NCBI GenBank assembly: GCA_030622545.1
Contig: JAUXGA010000014.1
Location: forward strand, 5,735 to 69,734
Reading direction: 5' to 3'
DNA from: a bacterium
GTDB taxonomy: Bacteria > Electryoneota > RPQS01 > DYHQ01
DNA: 64,000 nucleotides
Positions 47,536-56,916 of the stretch are shown here, piece by piece (the first letter of the stretch is position 1; the number at the start of each line of letters is the position of its first letter). The notes under the pieces are model-generated. The model was given only the letters and a program-made list of their open reading frames with translations, did not search any database and had not been told where the DNA came from. The position numbers were made by a program, and so were the translations under genes.

Positions 47536-48177
47536 TTACCTCCGAAAAGAGCAGTCTTGTTTGTCACAAAGCTCACATATTGAAGCTTCCAGTTCCCCCG
47601 GAGGAGATGCCGTCAGCTTCACGGCGAATGAAATAGATTTCAAGGGATTCATCAGAAAAGTCGGGCTCAATTTAACACCGACCTTTTCAGCGAACAAATG
47701 AGAAAAAATGATTTTCTGACCTGATTTCAATGCCCAGTTTCCATAACCCGGACTGAAACGCGGCCATGCAGCGAGTCCCTCTTCCGCCGCCTTTTCGCAG
47801 ATACGCGCATCCACGGTATCCGCGAGACTTTCTACGGTTTCCGAGCCGACCGCATCCAGCGCGGTCGCGAGCGCGAATTGTCCCTTGTCTGAAAACTCGC
47901 GCACCTTTTCTTCCAAAGCCGAGCCGATGGTGCAGATACTGAGAACTATCGGGCCAAGGTCGTTTCTTAGTGCAGGTTCTCCAAAATCACTATCAAAAAT
48001 TCCATAGACGGCTCGCGGCTTTGAAAGATTGTGCCCCATCAGCAACGCTTCGTCCACCATATCGCGCAATCTTTCCGGAGCGTCTTCTTCCCGCCCTCCC
48101 AGCAGGCGGTAGATTTCTCCGATGCGAGGCACTACTGAAAAATCATCACTATGAAACAGCGTCGTTGTCATTTCCAC
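47536..48177 (-). CDS. MetH reactivation-domain-like protein (Met_synt_B12-like), putative corrinoid reductive-activation component
   Basis: 213 aa. 'WPRFSPGYGNW' resembles the methionine synthase activation-domain core. Lies within the corrinoid operon. Assignment by motif recall only. Confidence 0.45.
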   Translation of the reverse strand: MEMTTTLFHSDDFSVVPRIGEIYRLLGGREEDAPERLRDMVDEALLMGHNLSKPRAVYGIFDSDFGEPALRNDLGPIVLSICTIGSALEEKVREFSDKGQFALATALDAVGSETVESLADTVDARICEKAAEEGLAAWPRFSPGYGNWALKSGQKIIFSHLFAEKVGVKLSPTFLMNPLKSISFAVKLTASPPGELEASICELCDKQDCSFRR

Positions 48178-49037
48178 CGCTCACGAATTAATGCAATCGT
48201 CTCTGGATTCGTACCACAGCAGCCGCCAATAATTTTCACACCGAGTTCTCGGATTTTCATGATGTTCGCTACATATGTCTCGTTATCTTCAGGGTAAACC
48301 GTGCCCTGTGGTGTGACCTGCGGCATACCGGCATTCGCCTGAATGATGACAGGAATAGAAACAGCCCCGCGGGCTTCTTTTGCGACTTCGATCATGTCCG
48401 CACTGCCCAGCGAACAGTTCGCACCAACCGCTGCCGCACCGGCATCCGCCATCGCCCGCATCGCACTCTCGACCTTGTCACCGAAAAGCGAGAAGTATCC
48501 TTTCTTGCGCTTTTCGAATGTCATGCTGAGCATAAATGGCTTTTCGGATACGGAACGAAACGCACGTGCCGCCAGTAAAATTTCCTGAAGATTAAAAAAA
48601 GTCTCCGCGATGAAAAAATCGATGCCTTCTTCATCCAGAATTTGCGCTTGAGCCGTAAAAGCGTGTTCGATGTCATCAGGTTTGCCCGGCCCCACAGGTT
48701 CAAGCAGGAGTCCTGAAGGGCCGATTTCCCCTGCGACAAGCGCTCGCTTCGAGGCAGCTTCTTTCGCGAGTCGAACGCCTTTCCTTGTCAACTCTTCCCA
48801 GGATTGTTTGATTTTATGCTCGCCGAAGCGCACCGGATTCGAGTTAAAGGTGTTCGTCGTGATGACGTCCGAGCCTGCTTCGACATAAGCGGCATGTAAT
48901 TCCCTGACGGCATCGGGATTCTCCTCGTTCCAAATATCGGGAGGCTGCCCCGGCGCGAGTCCTTTGCGCTGCAACTCAGAGCCAATCGCGCCATCAAATA
49001 GAAGGCCACGGGATGTGATGCGTTCCATCAAGTTCAT
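48168..49037 (-). CDS. Homocysteine/thiol-binding S-methyltransferase domain protein (Pfam S-methyl_trans-like; MetH/BHMT N-domain homolog)
   Basis: Start MNLMERI (ATGA overlap with the corrinoid protein gene). 'LLFDGAIGSELQ', 'ITTNTF' and zinc-thiolate motif 'GGCCGTNPE'. The track ORF has an Asp-rich 70-aa N-extension that I reject. Confidence 0.75.
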   Translation of the reverse strand: MNLMERITSRGLLFDGAIGSELQRKGLAPGQPPDIWNEENPDAVRELHAAYVEAGSDVITTNTFNSNPVRFGEHKIKQSWEELTRKGVRLAKEAASKRALVAGEIGPSGLLLEPVGPGKPDDIEHAFTAQAQILDEEGIDFFIAETFFNLQEILLAARAFRSVSEKPFMLSMTFEKRKKGYFSLFGDKVESAMRAMADAGAAAVGANCSLGSADMIEVAKEARGAVSIPVIIQANAGMPQVTPQGTVYPEDNETYVANIMKIRELGVKIIGGCCGTNPETIALIRERWK

Positions 49038-49687
49038 TGACGTGTTTCCACAAGTTCGCGCGCCATGCGGACCGCTTCGATGGCATTCTCGCCGTAGCCG
49101 TCCGCGCCGATATCCTCCGCCCATTTGCGACTGACCGGCGCGCCGCCCACCATCACTTTCACATGGGCCCGAAGTCCTCTCTGCGCAAGCATTTCGATGA
49201 CGGTTTTCTGTCCCATCATCGTCGTCGTCAGTAGAGCCGAAAGGCAAATCAGGTTCGCGTTGAAATCTTCGGCTTCATTGCAGAATTTTTCCAACGGCAC
49301 ATCCGCGCCCAAATCACGGACTTCAAAACCGGACGCTTCCAACATCGCGGCGACGAGAGATTTTCCGATGTCATGAATATCTCCCTGAATCGTCCCAATC
49401 ACCACGCGCCCGAACGAAGAACTCCCGGATTGCCCCGCCGCCATTTCCGGTGTCAAAATCGCCATGATAGCTTTCATGGTTTCGGCGGAAAGCATCAATT
49501 CAGGCAGAAAAATATCTCCTTCTTCCCAGAGGTCTCCCAAATGCCGCATCGCGGGAATGCACGCTTGATTGACAAGGCTGGCAGCGGAAATACCATCGGA
49601 AAGTCCCTGCCGGACACATTCCAAAGCGCGTTCTTTTTCGGCAGCCTGAACTGCCTCACTTAATTGTGTAAAAATGTCGTTATTCAC
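49034..49687 (-). CDS. Corrinoid (cobalamin-binding) protein, MtbC/MtmC/MetH-B12-domain type
   Basis: B12-binding cap plus Rossmann domain. 'GTIQGDIHDIGKSLV' (DxHxxG) and 'SALLTTTM' motifs. Confidence 0.85.
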   Translation of the reverse strand: MNNDIFTQLSEAVQAAEKERALECVRQGLSDGISAASLVNQACIPAMRHLGDLWEEGDIFLPELMLSAETMKAIMAILTPEMAAGQSGSSSFGRVVIGTIQGDIHDIGKSLVAAMLEASGFEVRDLGADVPLEKFCNEAEDFNANLICLSALLTTTMMGQKTVIEMLAQRGLRAHVKVMVGGAPVSRKWAEDIGADGYGENAIEAVRMARELVETRQ

Positions 49688-49806
49688 GGGTTTCTCCGTA
49701 TGAAATTTTCGCTCTAAGTGTGTTTAAAATAAGAAAAAGGGCGAAGAGAGTCAAGGGATTATGACGCGTCCGCCTGTGAAATTACAGCGTGTCCGACCCA
49801 GTGGAC

Positions 49807-49834
49807 TTGACTTTGACCGCTCATTTGCTATAAT
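49807..49834 (+). promoter_or_regulatory. Sigma70-like promoter TTGACT-16-TATAAT upstream of the low-GC R-M gene pair
   Basis: ttgact 49807-12, tataat 49829-34. Confidence 0.45.
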
Positions 49835-49920
49835 TAACATTAAATATAATTTGTAGAAACAAGAATTTATCCTCTTAATAAACAATTTGATAGATCGGGT
49901 TACATAGCAAGCAAGTTTCA

Positions 49921-50997
49921 GTGCAAGAAAATTCTCCTAAGAATCCTAAAAAGAAAAACTTTTTGACCCGTGTTTGGTTGTATGTTTGTAGTGTATCTAC
50001 TTTTAAAAGGATCATGCCGCAAATGAGTATTCTCGAGAGACTAACTCGCTTTATTGAGAGAGTATTTAAAACAACCGTAGAGGTATTTCTTGAGGCCTTA
50101 AAACGTAGCCCAAATGCTCAGGGATATGTCAGTGGTTCGATCACGGAATTTTTGCTGACTAAGAAACTTGAAGAAGAATATAGTTGTGAGGTTAAAAGAA
50201 TAAGGGAAAAGTGGGAGGGAAGAAAATCGACGGGGCATCGTGGTGATTTTTACTTCCGAAAATCTTCAGCAGATCCTTGGTATGTCATCGAGTCAAAAGG
50301 TTTGAAGTCAAACTCGGAGAAATGGCATAAGCTCTACAACTATCAGAATTTTAAAAGTTTCCTATTCACCCATGCTAGTAAAATTCCATGGTTAAAACAA
50401 GAAGAAGAAATTGAATCGCAGATTGAATATTGGATAAATACGAACCTACCTAAATTCCAAAATGAATATTCCCAATGCCTTTATGACTATGAAGAAGTAC
50501 AGAAATACCTAAAGAATATTCCAAAGCGGACAACAGTAAAATCAAAGGCAATAACCGCTTTGCGACGCTTCACGAGAGAACAAATCAACAAAATGATAGA
50601 AGAACGTCTACAATATCTTATGTCGAGAATAATGGTTCTTGAATCACACTTTGTATCAGGCCTATCTAGCTCAAGCGAAAGAACGCAAGCAACACCTCGA
50701 AAAGATGAGTTTAATGTGATTTCCATTGATATTTCTCTCCGCTATCCTGCGCATAAATTTCTTTTCGCCAACCCAAAACATCTTGAGTCATCGGGAGATG
50801 ACGCAAATCATCTACAGCAAAACTACATTATAGGCTTTATCTTTGTCGACGAACAAGGTAATTCGCCACTGAGTGTAACAGAGGAGTGGTGCGAAGATTT
50901 TAACCAAATATATGAGACGCTGAACACCGAGGACAGCGTAAAAGAAGAAGACATGCAAATTGATACCAGATACAAAATTGTCGCAGAGAACGATTAG
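49921..50997 (+). CDS. Candidate Type II restriction endonuclease (PD-(D/E)xK-like motif), low GC
   Basis: 'GHRGDFYF...PWYVIESKG' fits the D-(x)n-E-x-K pattern. About 38% GC against about 57% in flanking genes. Lies 11 nt upstream of the MTase. The true start may be ATG 50014 (MPQMSILERL) rather than GTG 49921. Confidence 0.5.
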   Translation: MQENSPKNPKKKNFLTRVWLYVCSVSTFKRIMPQMSILERLTRFIERVFKTTVEVFLEALKRSPNAQGYVSGSITEFLLTKKLEEEYSCEVKRIREKWEGRKSTGHRGDFYFRKSSADPWYVIESKGLKSNSEKWHKLYNYQNFKSFLFTHASKIPWLKQEEEIESQIEYWINTNLPKFQNEYSQCLYDYEEVQKYLKNIPKRTTVKSKAITALRRFTREQINKMIEERLQYLMSRIMVLESHFVSGLSSSSERTQATPRKDEFNVISIDISLRYPAHKFLFANPKHLESSGDDANHLQQNYIIGFIFVDEQGNSPLSVTEEWCEDFNQIYETLNTEDSVKEEDMQIDTRYKIVAEND

Positions 50998-51008
50998 AGA
51001 GAGAACCT

Positions 51009-53081
51009 GTGGAAACTTCTATTAATTTACCAGATAATAAAGCATACGAACAACAATTGCTGTTTTCGGAAGATAGTCTGATACCAAGCAATTTGCCCCA
51101 GCTCCACGAACTGCACCCAACGCATAATCTTTCTGCTGTGTTTGATGATTGCCACAATTATATTTACGCCAATGAAGGTTTATTGAAAGACAAAATTTTT
51201 CACGAGATGGTAAAACTTCTTATCATGAAGCTATTTGACGAACAAAATACGAATGACGGAAGTGTGCAATTTGGCATAACGTCAGTAGAATATAGAAATA
51301 TACGTACAAATACGCGTAGCAGTTTTGAGGAACGGCTTAAGAGCTTGTTTAATGTTGTCAAAAGCAAATATAAGGGTTTCTTACATGACGATGCCTTGAA
51401 ATTAAGGCCGATGACACTCGCTTATGTTGTTGCAAAATTGCAGTATATAAACCTCACCAAAACCCCCGGCGATATAAAAGGACAGGCCTTTCAGGCGTTT
51501 GTATATCGTCACCAAAGGGGCGATCGTGGTGAATTTTTTACGCCATATCCAATCGTCAAACTCGCTGTAAAAATGATTGACCCCCGCCCACATGAAAAAA
51601 TAATTGATCCTGCATGCGGAAGCGGCGGTTTCCTTATTCAGGCACTTGCTTATATTCAGAAGACAAATCCGAATGTTGACAAAGTTTCTTATATACAAGA
51701 AAATATACGGGGAACAGAATTCAACCCAGACGTAGCTCTATCAGCAATCATTCGTCTCGCTTTCGAAGGTGGATCCGGTGCAGAAATCTCCTGTGATAAT
51801 GCTCTTCTTGAGAAGGAAGAACTTAACAACTCGTTTGATATAGTCCTCACGAATCCACCTTTTGGGAACAAAGGCAAAGTAGAAGATCCGAAAATTCTCA
51901 AACCCTACGTCCTTGCTCGTAAGTGGAATAGATTGAAGGCAAACGATTGGGGACCTTCCAATAAGGGTTTAGCAGGACAGTCGCCGGACATCTTGTTTAT
52001 TGAGAGATGTCTGAACATGTTGCGCCCTGGCGGTCGCATGGCAATTGTCCTCCCCGATGGCCTCCTTCAAAATCCTACCAGTACGCATATACGTTTCTGG
52101 ATCCGCTCACATGCCAGAATCCTCGGAGTTGTGTCTATTCCGCAAGAAGCTTTTATACCCTACGGGACCGGTATAAAGACTTCACTACTCTTACTTCAAA
52201 AGAGACCTTGCGATGACAGCAACGAGTGTTTTATGGCTCGAATACAAAAGATGGGTTATGACGTAAAAGGTCAGCCTGTCTACAAGCGGGACGAATTTGG
52301 TCGATTGGCAAAAACGTTATCGGGTTTGCCCATAATTGAAGACGATATAGAAGAAATAGCATCGGCATATAACAATTTCAAGCATGGCGCGGTTATGCAA
52401 AAAAGCGAACGAATATACATCATCCCTGAAAAAATACTCGATTCGCGCTTGGACGCTGAACATTACAAACCTGAAGACCAGTATCTCGTCGAGCATCTGA
52501 AATCAATTGGAGCAAAACCACTTGGTAAAATAGCCGATATACTTTCCGAAACAGACATTTTTAGAAAAGCGCGCGAAAGTGAAATACGATACATTGCTAT
52601 TTCAAATGTTGACGCACGAACAATGCAGGTTGTTTCGCAGCAAATAATGAAAGCGCATGAAGCCCCATCAAGAGCAACTTATCGCGTTTGCAAGGGTGAT
52701 ATTATTACGGCAGTTTCAGGAGCAAGCACAGGCACACAACGCCATGCAACAGCGTTAATAACAGAAGATGAAGATGGGGCCATTTGCTCCAATGGTTTTG
52801 CCGTGATACGGAATATTCACAGTGTGGAGCCCCTCTTCTTGCTGGCCTTTATGCGTACCAATCATTACTTGCGACAAGTCAGAAGGTTAATGACAGGTCA
52901 TGCTATTCCCTGTATATCATCAGAGGATTTATCGAAGGTTTTAATACCAATTCCTCTCAAAAAAGAGCAAAAGAGAATAGCAAACTTGATCATGTCACTT
53001 ATGGCGATGCGCAGGGAGGGGTTAAAGGCGGGAAAAAGAGCTGTTTCTGAAGTAGAGTCCTTATTTGATCCAATGCATTAA
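51009..53081 (+). CDS. N6-adenine DNA methyltransferase (gamma class) fused to a C-terminal target-recognition domain, low GC
   Basis: 'IIDPACGSGGFLIQA' motif I. 'VLTNPPFGNKG' motif IV. C-terminal about 250 aa of TRD-like sequence. GTG start. Confidence 0.85.
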   Translation: METSINLPDNKAYEQQLLFSEDSLIPSNLPQLHELHPTHNLSAVFDDCHNYIYANEGLLKDKIFHEMVKLLIMKLFDEQNTNDGSVQFGITSVEYRNIRTNTRSSFEERLKSLFNVVKSKYKGFLHDDALKLRPMTLAYVVAKLQYINLTKTPGDIKGQAFQAFVYRHQRGDRGEFFTPYPIVKLAVKMIDPRPHEKIIDPACGSGGFLIQALAYIQKTNPNVDKVSYIQENIRGTEFNPDVALSAIIRLAFEGGSGAEISCDNALLEKEELNNSFDIVLTNPPFGNKGKVEDPKILKPYVLARKWNRLKANDWGPSNKGLAGQSPDILFIERCLNMLRPGGRMAIVLPDGLLQNPTSTHIRFWIRSHARILGVVSIPQEAFIPYGTGIKTSLLLLQKRPCDDSNECFMARIQKMGYDVKGQPVYKRDEFGRLAKTLSGLPIIEDDIEEIASAYNNFKHGAVMQKSERIYIIPEKILDSRLDAEHYKPEDQYLVEHLKSIGAKPLGKIADILSETDIFRKARESEIRYIAISNVDARTMQVVSQQIMKAHEAPSRATYRVCKGDIITAVSGASTGTQRHATALITEDEDGAICSNGFAVIRNIHSVEPLFLLAFMRTNHYLRQVRRLMTGHAIPCISSEDLSKVLIPIPLKKEQKRIANLIMSLMAMRREGLKAGKRAVSEVESLFDPMH

Positions 53082-53143
53082 CAAGATGGAAAAGCCACAC
53101 AAATAACCTAATCATTTCTGTATACTATAAATAGATAGAGGTT

Positions 53144-53743
53144 TTGATGTTTAAGGAAAACTTTCCCCAGACCTACACACTGAAAAACGACAAGAAGGTC
53201 GTGATTCGGTTGCTGGAATCTGGGGATGAAAAAGAAATGAACCGCTTCTTCGCATCACTGCCAGACACGGAAGTGAACTATTTCCGAAGCGACGTTCGAA
53301 ATCCCGAAATGATTCACGGGTGGATTAAGGACATCGATAACAAATGGCGCGTTCGTCTGGTGGTTTTTCACGAGAAAAAGATGATTGCCGAGTGGGCGGT
53401 TCTTCACCGCGACTACGGTTGGACTCGCCACGTCTGCGAAATCCGCGGGATGATTCACCCGGATTGGCGCGGCCTTGGACTGGGCAACATGCTGTTCTAC
53501 GACCTTCTCACCATCGCTCACGAACTCGAAAAAGAAAAAGTTATCGTGGAAGTTCTCGCGCAGCAGAAACTGGTCATTCAGCGCTTTGAAAAAATCGGAT
53601 TTCAGCGCGAAGCGCTGTTCAAAAATCATGTGAAAGACGCTCGCGGACGAGTATCGGATTTAATCGTTTTGTCGATGCAGCTGGAACCGGCGTGGAAAAA
53701 AATGGAACAGCTCATTCATGACATGGGCGACCGCGGAGGTTAG
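53144..53743 (+). CDS. GNAT-family N-acetyltransferase
   Basis: 'IRGMIHPDWRGLGLGNMLFYDL' acetyl-CoA-binding motif A region. Confidence 0.75.
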   Translation: MMFKENFPQTYTLKNDKKVVIRLLESGDEKEMNRFFASLPDTEVNYFRSDVRNPEMIHGWIKDIDNKWRVRLVVFHEKKMIAEWAVLHRDYGWTRHVCEIRGMIHPDWRGLGLGNMLFYDLLTIAHELEKEKVIVEVLAQQKLVIQRFEKIGFQREALFKNHVKDARGRVSDLIVLSMQLEPAWKKMEQLIHDMGDRGG

Positions 53744-53836
53744 TCGTTCTTACAAGTGAAACCTTTTAGGGCATCTTTCAAAAACTGTATTGCTTGGAAG
53801 ATGCCCTTTTCGTACGCAGACTAAATGGGAGAGATG

Positions 53837-54085
53837 ATGAAAGTGCAGATGGAGGTCAGTTTATATCCTTTGGAGACAACGGAGCTTTTGCCGCCGATAA
53901 AAGCGTTCAACGACGCGCTTCGCAAGGAAGGATTCGAGGTGGAAGTCGGACCTTTGAGCAGTTATATCACCGGCGAAAGCGAGATGCTTTTTTCTGCACT
54001 CGGACGCGCGTTCGAACACATCGCACAGCAACACCGCTGCGTCCTCGTAACGAAAATTGCACCGACGATCCAGTCTCAAACCTAA
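53837..54085 (+). CDS. MTH1187/YkoF-family (UPF0045) small protein
   Basis: Start 'MKVQMEVSLYPL...' typical of this family. 83 aa. Confidence 0.6.
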   Translation: MKVQMEVSLYPLETTELLPPIKAFNDALRKEGFEVEVGPLSSYITGESEMLFSALGRAFEHIAQQHRCVLVTKIAPTIQSQT

Positions 54086-54130
54086 CCGCCGCGAGTGACC
54101 CGGCCGGAATTTCTCGCGGTGTTGGCTACC

Positions 54131-54161
54131 CAAGTGCACTGCCGTGCGACACTACCAGACT
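54131..54161 (+). repeat. 31-bp direct repeat copy A (caagtgcactgccgtgcgacactaccagact)
   Basis: 28/31 identical to the copy at 58227..58257. Contains a small palindrome tgccg-tg-cg(g/a)ca. Confidence 0.8.
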
Positions 54162-54196
54162 GTGCTTTCCACTACCCTTTTACCGAAGCGGAAACG

Positions 54197-56881
54197 CTAT
54201 TCCATCATAGTCGCTTTGAGCAACCTCACCTGCCACTCCGGCCATTCGTGGACAGAAACGTAGTCGGCGCTGCGGGGAATATACACCCATTCCGGTTTGG
54301 CGTTTTTCGAAGCTTCCCGAAGTTCTTTGGCGAAAGTTTTTGCTTCAGCGGTTCTGCCGATTGCCTTCAACGCTTTCAGTTTTAGAATCTTCGCCAAGTC
54401 ATTGTGCGGCGCGATATCGATAGCTTTTTCAAAATAATCCAGTGCTTGCGGCCATTTTTTTCCCGTCAATTCCAACCAACCCACAAACGTCAGCACATCA
54501 TCGCCATCAGGATCGAGAAGCTGCGCTTCGGTGATTTCCTGCCTTGCGGTTGCGGTATCTCCAATTTGCAGAAGGAAGCGAGCGTAATCGAGGCGCAGTT
54601 CGACAATACCGGTACGCCGTTCGAGCGCCACTTCAAAGTACGTCTTCGCTTCTTTGCTGTCGCCTCCATCTCCCAAAGCCAGCGCCATGCCCCATAACGC
54701 ATCAGGTTTATCGCTTTGCTGCTCCAACACCTTCGCAAAATATTGTTTCGCTTTGCTATAATCTCCCGCGCGCAAATAAGCTTTGCCAAGTGCCTGATTC
54801 AGCTTAGAGTGTTCCTGAGAAGCGAGCTTCGGAAACCCCTTTTCAAGCTCTTTGCAAGCCATCTCTTTATCCCCCGTCCGATGATAATACGCCTCCGCAT
54901 ATTGTATATAAGTTTTTGCGCGAGTCGGGTGCATCGTTCTCAACGTTTCGGCATAAGCAATGGCTATGTCATGATGTCCTAAAATAGAATTGACGTGCGA
55001 TAGAAGTTCTAAAACAGATAAATCCGTCGCATCGTGCTCTCGGGCTTTCTGCGCCATCGCGAGCGCATCTTCCGCCCGGCCTTTTTCAAGGTAACTCCCT
55101 CCCGCGTTGACTAATCCAATCACATAGTAGGGTTCGTCGTTTTCAATCGACAGAAAATACTCGATTAAATCGACAAGCGCGGTGTCCAATTCGAAAAGAC
55201 GCTCCCGCACGATTTCACGCGTGTCGTAGGTGTTGCGCTGCGGAGATTCATGCGCATTGGCAGCCTCGGCAAAGTATTCCCACACGCTGGCGCCCTGATA
55301 GCGGCTCATGAATATCTTTGTTCCGGCGTTCTCGTGCTCTTTCGCATTTCGATACACCTCTTCAATTTGGTTCTTTTCATCGGGCGTCAGGATGTAATGT
55401 ACCTGATGGGTTAGCTCATGCAGAACGGTGTTGTAGCGGCCATAAATCGTGCGTTCGACATCCTCGATGCCGGTCACCGTATTGAAACCGCCGCAGCCGC
55501 GCACATCATCCCACAAGCGCGAATCGTATGAAATTCGCAAATCCTTTAGCGTTTCCAACTCGGGGCACTCGGAGAGCCGTTCGTAGAGAGGTTTGATGTA
55601 GTAAGTGCATCCGCTTTCTACGAGCACCGGCACAAAAGCTTCCCACGGAGCAACGGACAACGCGACCTGTTTTTGATGGCGAGGCGAAAGAGCTTTCCAG
55701 TTCATTACGAATTCATCAATGCGCGCCACATCCGGCATCAACCGAGCATCAAACGTCCGCCAATCGGAATCCCTATAGATACTCTCGCGCATCCGTTTGC
55801 CTTCCATCGCCTTCGCGTAACCATTATGCGCGCGGCCGTACGCTGGACAAATGTCGAGAGCCTTTTTGAAATATTGCCTCGCCTTTTCGAATTCCTCCCG
55901 CGCCCAAGCAATTGCTCCCAAAATCGTCAGCGGTTCTACCCAATCAGGATGCGCGTCTGCTATGCGTTGAAGCTCGCGTTCCGCCGCAGCGACATTCCCA
56001 CCGCTTAGAAGATCTTTCGCTTCGTCAAGTTTCTTTTGTCCTTCGCTGTCAGCAAAGATATGCGGATATTCTTCTTCGAGTTGCGAATAATTAAGGCGCG
56101 CGAAACCATTACCGAGATAGTAATGCGCCATTTCATGATAGGGATTGATTTCGAGCGCTTTTTCCAAAACACGCGTCGCTTCCTGAACGCGACCGAGCCG
56201 AAGAAGCGGCTGAACCATTGTAAAGAGCAAGTCGCCGCTGAACGTTTGCTCGTTTAAAATCGCGACGAGCGTATCCAGCGCGACTTGATTTTCATTCTGC
56301 TTGTACTTGACTCGGGATATACCAATGACGGCCAGAGCTTTCCAATGCTCACTCTGCACTTCCTGAATGGCACGGTTGTAGTACTCGCTGGAGCGATTGA
56401 AATCAAGCAGACGGTAGTGCAAATTCGCGCGCGCCAACAGAGCTGGAACGTTGTTTGAATCCTCAGCTAAAAGCTTATCGCTCAGGCTGTCGATTTTAGG
56501 CAAATTTTCCTTCGCCAAAAAAAGCTGAAACTCGAGCCAGCGTAAGCTCTCCGACTTTAAATACTGCTCAAGACCTTGGCGAATCATCTTTTCGGCGGCT
56601 TTGAAATCATACTGCTTCAAATAGATTTCTGCGTCAACGGCATCGGCATTTTCGGGGTTTTCTTCACGTAACATTTCTCCCAATGAAGCAGCCTCATCGA
56701 AATATCCCAGTCGCAACGCGATATCGGCACGCTCCTCGATAGAGTTAGACGCATCGTTCCACACACCTTCAAGAGCTTCGTGAACTGTCTGAATCTTTTG
56801 CTCCAGCGTCGGGGATGCGGCAACAATACCGGATACAATAAGAGCAAGAAATATGAAGATTGTCAAACTTTGCCGTTTCAT
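54197..56881 (-). CDS. Secreted TPR-repeat protein with embedded gluzincin-like metallopeptidase motif
   Basis: Start MKRQSLTIFIFLALIVSG (signal peptide). Many TPR units. 'HELTHQVHY' HExxH, with a downstream 'EYFAEAANA' candidate third ligand. Confidence 0.75.
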   Translation of the reverse strand: MKRQSLTIFIFLALIVSGIVAASPTLEQKIQTVHEALEGVWNDASNSIEERADIALRLGYFDEAASLGEMLREENPENADAVDAEIYLKQYDFKAAEKMIRQGLEQYLKSESLRWLEFQLFLAKENLPKIDSLSDKLLAEDSNNVPALLARANLHYRLLDFNRSSEYYNRAIQEVQSEHWKALAVIGISRVKYKQNENQVALDTLVAILNEQTFSGDLLFTMVQPLLRLGRVQEATRVLEKALEINPYHEMAHYYLGNGFARLNYSQLEEEYPHIFADSEGQKKLDEAKDLLSGGNVAAAERELQRIADAHPDWVEPLTILGAIAWAREEFEKARQYFKKALDICPAYGRAHNGYAKAMEGKRMRESIYRDSDWRTFDARLMPDVARIDEFVMNWKALSPRHQKQVALSVAPWEAFVPVLVESGCTYYIKPLYERLSECPELETLKDLRISYDSRLWDDVRGCGGFNTVTGIEDVERTIYGRYNTVLHELTHQVHYILTPDEKNQIEEVYRNAKEHENAGTKIFMSRYQGASVWEYFAEAANAHESPQRNTYDTREIVRERLFELDTALVDLIEYFLSIENDEPYYVIGLVNAGGSYLEKGRAEDALAMAQKAREHDATDLSVLELLSHVNSILGHHDIAIAYAETLRTMHPTRAKTYIQYAEAYYHRTGDKEMACKELEKGFPKLASQEHSKLNQALGKAYLRAGDYSKAKQYFAKVLEQQSDKPDALWGMALALGDGGDSKEAKTYFEVALERRTGIVELRLDYARFLLQIGDTATARQEITEAQLLDPDGDDVLTFVGWLELTGKKWPQALDYFEKAIDIAPHNDLAKILKLKALKAIGRTAEAKTFAKELREASKNAKPEWVYIPRSADYVSVHEWPEWQVRLLKATMME

Positions 56882-56916
56882 AGATAACCTCATCAACAAA
56901 TTTTATTCGTCCAACA

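Noticed and set aside
49038-49247. N-terminal 70-aa Asp/Arg-rich extension (MPFGSTDDDDDG…) of the Hcy-methyltransferase-domain ORF
   Set aside because: It lies inside the corrinoid-protein gene. ATGA coupling at 49034-49037 gives a clean start at MNLMERI.
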